A stretch of DNA of 63,768 nucleotides, filler included, from Lama guanicoe (Eukaryota), in NCBI GenBank assembly GCA_013239625.1. It is 173 parts of 173 records of this genome, joined end to end, with 100 filler letters (N's around TTAATTAATTAA, not from the genome) between each part and the next. Parts side by side here need not be neighbours in the genome. Positions count along the whole stretch, not along the records: positions 61,280 to 61,549 come from PNXV01051366.1; positions 61,650 to 61,919 come from PNXV01051367.1; positions 62,020 to 62,288 come from PNXV01051368.1; positions 62,389 to 62,658 come from PNXV01051369.1; positions 62,759 to 63,028 come from PNXV01051370.1; positions 63,129 to 63,398 come from PNXV01051371.1; positions 63,499 to 63,768 come from PNXV01051372.1; 166 more parts are not named here. The stretch is one strand, 5' to 3'. Under the pieces are notes generated by a model. That model had not been told where the DNA came from. It saw only the letters and a program-made list of their open reading frames with translations, and made no database searches. Numbering within the stretch: position 1 is the stretch's first letter; the number at the start of each line of letters is the position of its first letter. Below are positions 61,180 through 63,768 of this stretch, in pieces. The translations under genes and the position numbers were made by a program.

Positions 61180-62388
61180 NNNNNNNNNNNNNNNNNNNNN
61201 NNNNNNNNNNNNNNNNNNNNNNNTTAATTAATTAANNNNNNNNNNNNNNNNNNNNNNNNNNNNNNNNNNNNNNNNNNNNATGAGGACAGCTAAATGGGCC
61301 ATGTGTCTTTTAATACATGCATCACTTCACAAGTCTTTATAAAATTGTTCTTTTAATTTCAGGACAGACACTCAACTGTCTGGTGGTGGCAAGAACCAAC
61401 CTAAAGCTGGAGACCCTGGGGCTTAGTGTGGAGTAACTGGAAACACCTGACAGAATCAGGGAATTCTTGGATAGAAGCCAGGAGAGTTCTAGAGTCTTTC
61501 AAGATGATATTCATATAATTTTACCTAGAAGAAAAGAGAACAACTTCTANNNNNNNNNNNNNNNNNNNNNNNNNNNNNNNNNNNNNNNNNNNNTTAATTA
61601 ATTAANNNNNNNNNNNNNNNNNNNNNNNNNNNNNNNNNNNNNNNNNNNNTTATTTGCTGTTAAGTAAGTTGCCACTGGGTTCAGTTAATTTTCAAAGGCT
61701 TGGATCGGATCCTTCAAATCCTACATTTTCTGAAATGGGTCATGAATGTGAGTGAACTAATGCAAAAATGGTAACAGGGACCAAAATATTTGAATCTCGT
61801 AGACACTTTTTATGCTGAAGAAAACAAAGGTTCTATGTCATTTTGGAGATGAGGGAATACACAAGAGAAATCACATCAAGTTTTCACCCATATTTGCCAA
61901 GCTTGGGCAGAGAATGTAGNNNNNNNNNNNNNNNNNNNNNNNNNNNNNNNNNNNNNNNNNNNNTTAATTAATTAANNNNNNNNNNNNNNNNNNNNNNNNN
62001 NNNNNNNNNNNNNNNNNNNAGTATTGTCTGAAGTCTGGGAGAGTTATTCCTCCAGCCTTCAAGAGTGAGTCTTTTTCTTGATGGTCTCTGATCTCAACAC
62101 TGCCGCATTAGCAGGATGTGGTCATCACGTCATCTCAGTGGACAGCAGCTCAGCCCCGCCCCACACGGTTCCTAAAACCCAGTTTGGTTCCACTCTTTCA
62201 TGACCCGATTCTATACTTACTCCTACCTCAGAGACGAGTGGCCCCTGACTATGTGCCTTCCCCTCACCTGCTCCCCTGTCATCCCCGTNNNNNNNNNNNN
62301 NNNNNNNNNNNNNNNNNNNNNNNNNNNNNNNNTTAATTAATTAANNNNNNNNNNNNNNNNNNNNNNNNNNNNNNNNNNNNNNNNNNNN

Positions 62389-62658
62389 ATTACCTCCCCC
62401 TCCAAAAAGAAAACAGAAAGTGGAGACATTATTACCAATTCTGCAGAAATAAACTATTAGAAGACAGTACTATGAACAATTGTCTGCCAACAAATTGGAT
62501 AACCTACATAAGATGCACAAATTCTTAGAAAAATTTAAAAAACTACCAAGACTGAATCACAAAGAAATAGAAAATCTGAATAGACCTATAACTGTCAGGA
62601 GAATTGAATCTGTAATCAAAAATCCACCCACCCTCCCCCTAAAAAACCAAAAAGAAAC
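62389..62658 (+). mobile_element. LINE-1 ORF2 fragment, preceded by a Vic-1 SINE tail
   Basis: YYEQLSANKLDNLHKMHKFLEKF..LPRLNHKEIENLNRPIT; 62389-62412 (attacctccccc plus A-rich) matches the Vic-1 3' end. Confidence 0.9.
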
Positions 62659-63498
62659 NNNNNNNNNNNNNNNNNNNNNNNNNNNNNNNNNNNNNNNNNN
62701 NNTTAATTAATTAANNNNNNNNNNNNNNNNNNNNNNNNNNNNNNNNNNNNNNNNNNNNAGTGTGTGCTCTCAGAAGACTATTCATATTGGATGTGAGTAC
62801 CCTCACATAGTGCCTATTATGGGAAGTTCATTTATATACTTATTCCCTAGCCCTCCAGTTTTCTATTGTCTTTTTCAAATGCCTAACCTTACAGTCATAC
62901 CATAAATCACTATCTGTGGACAACCAGCATTGCATTTACAGTGGCATTGGGGTGACCACTGCGTTTAAGCACAGTCAACCCCAGATTTCCACCTCTGAGG
63001 GACCTCTCATCAAACCAAGTACCAGACTNNNNNNNNNNNNNNNNNNNNNNNNNNNNNNNNNNNNNNNNNNNNTTAATTAATTAANNNNNNNNNNNNNNNN
63101 NNNNNNNNNNNNNNNNNNNNNNNNNNNNCTGCCTGTGTGATTGAAAACCACAAGAAGGACTGAAATCCTGCTGAAGCGAGAGAGTTTATTTATGCTTACA
63201 TCCAGGAAATAGTGAATATGAGGAATCCAGCGTTCTTTCCTGAGTTCTGTTATTCAGGCATTCACGTAGAGGAGGGGCAGCAGAAGCCTGGAGCAGGTGT
63301 CAGAGCGCAGGGGGGATAAGCCAAGACCCGCCTGCATGGGGGGGGGGATATGTAACCATCCCCTTTTTCAGCTCTTTTCTCTGTTTGCACTTACCCCTNN
63401 NNNNNNNNNNNNNNNNNNNNNNNNNNNNNNNNNNNNNNNNNNTTAATTAATTAANNNNNNNNNNNNNNNNNNNNNNNNNNNNNNNNNNNNNNNNNNNN

Positions 63499-63768
63499 GG
63501 AGCGCGCAGCCCGCGCGAGCGACCCCGCGAGCGCCCGCGGCTGCGCTGCGCTGCGCTCCGGCTGGGCGCGCGAGTGGCTTTTGCTCCGGCAGAGGCGGGC
63601 AAGACTCACATCCTCGGCGCGCTCGGGCGCTTGGCTGGGGCCGAGCCGGGCGGGGCTGCGAGCGGGAGGAGGAGGCTGTCCCAGTGAGCCCCGAAGGCGC
63701 GGGGCCGAGGAGGGCGCACCCCGGGGAGCCCGGCGGGCTGGTCCTGCGGCGAGTGCGGGCGGCCGCCG
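63499..63768. promoter_or_regulatory. CpG island fragment
   Basis: Very high CpG density with a (GCTGC)n repeat; possible minus-strand donor (actcac) near 63604-63609. Confidence 0.75.

Larger units (their letters stand above)
270..63498. other. 172 artificial 100-bp contig linkers, N44-TTAATTAATTAA-N44 (first: N 270-313, linker 314-325, N 326-369)
   Basis: Identical spacer recurs every 368-370 bp. The 12-mer is its own reverse complement and puts TAA in all six frames. Flanking inserts are mutually unrelated. Confidence 0.99.

Noticed and set aside
1115..62710. Most ORF-track entries (ending XXX-LIN or XXX-N)
   Set aside because: They reach the length cutoff by reading through Ns to the linker stop, or are chance frames in GC-rich DNA or antisense L1.
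270..63498. CRISPR-like array or regularly spaced PacI/homeobox motif
   Set aside because: The 12-mer always sits centred in N padding and the inserts are mammalian genomic scraps; it is a synthetic linker and no cas genes are present.

Overview
This window is not contiguous DNA. It is an artificial concatenation of 173 short unplaced contigs (268-270 bp, sorted by rising length: mostly 269 bp up to ~49.7 kb, then mostly 270 bp). Each join is a 100-bp spacer N44-TTAATTAATTAA-N44, a palindromic linker with stops in all six frames, so neighbouring contigs are unrelated and most ORF-track entries are artefacts ending in the linker. The source is a placental mammal (L1, L2, MIR, MLT1, MER20, MER33), most likely a camelid given a Vic-1-type tRNA-derived SINE. 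Recognisable gene pieces are VAPA exon 1, a class II beta-tubulin (TUBB2A/2B) exon 3 start, a MUC2-like Cys-to-PTS exon, a TRAV/TRDV V-exon and two olfactory receptor ends, plus several unidentified candidate exons. The best leads are four diverged copies of a ~248-bp tandem satellite, three contig pairs ~5% diverged with 48-49-bp identical ends (assembly bubbles implying k of about 49), a short LTR-like retrocopy with an A-tail and long TSD, and three L1 inversions. I find no support for a novel multi-gene system or CRISPR-like array; the strong periodicity is man-made. Repeat and gene names come from recalled consensus sequences, not database searches.
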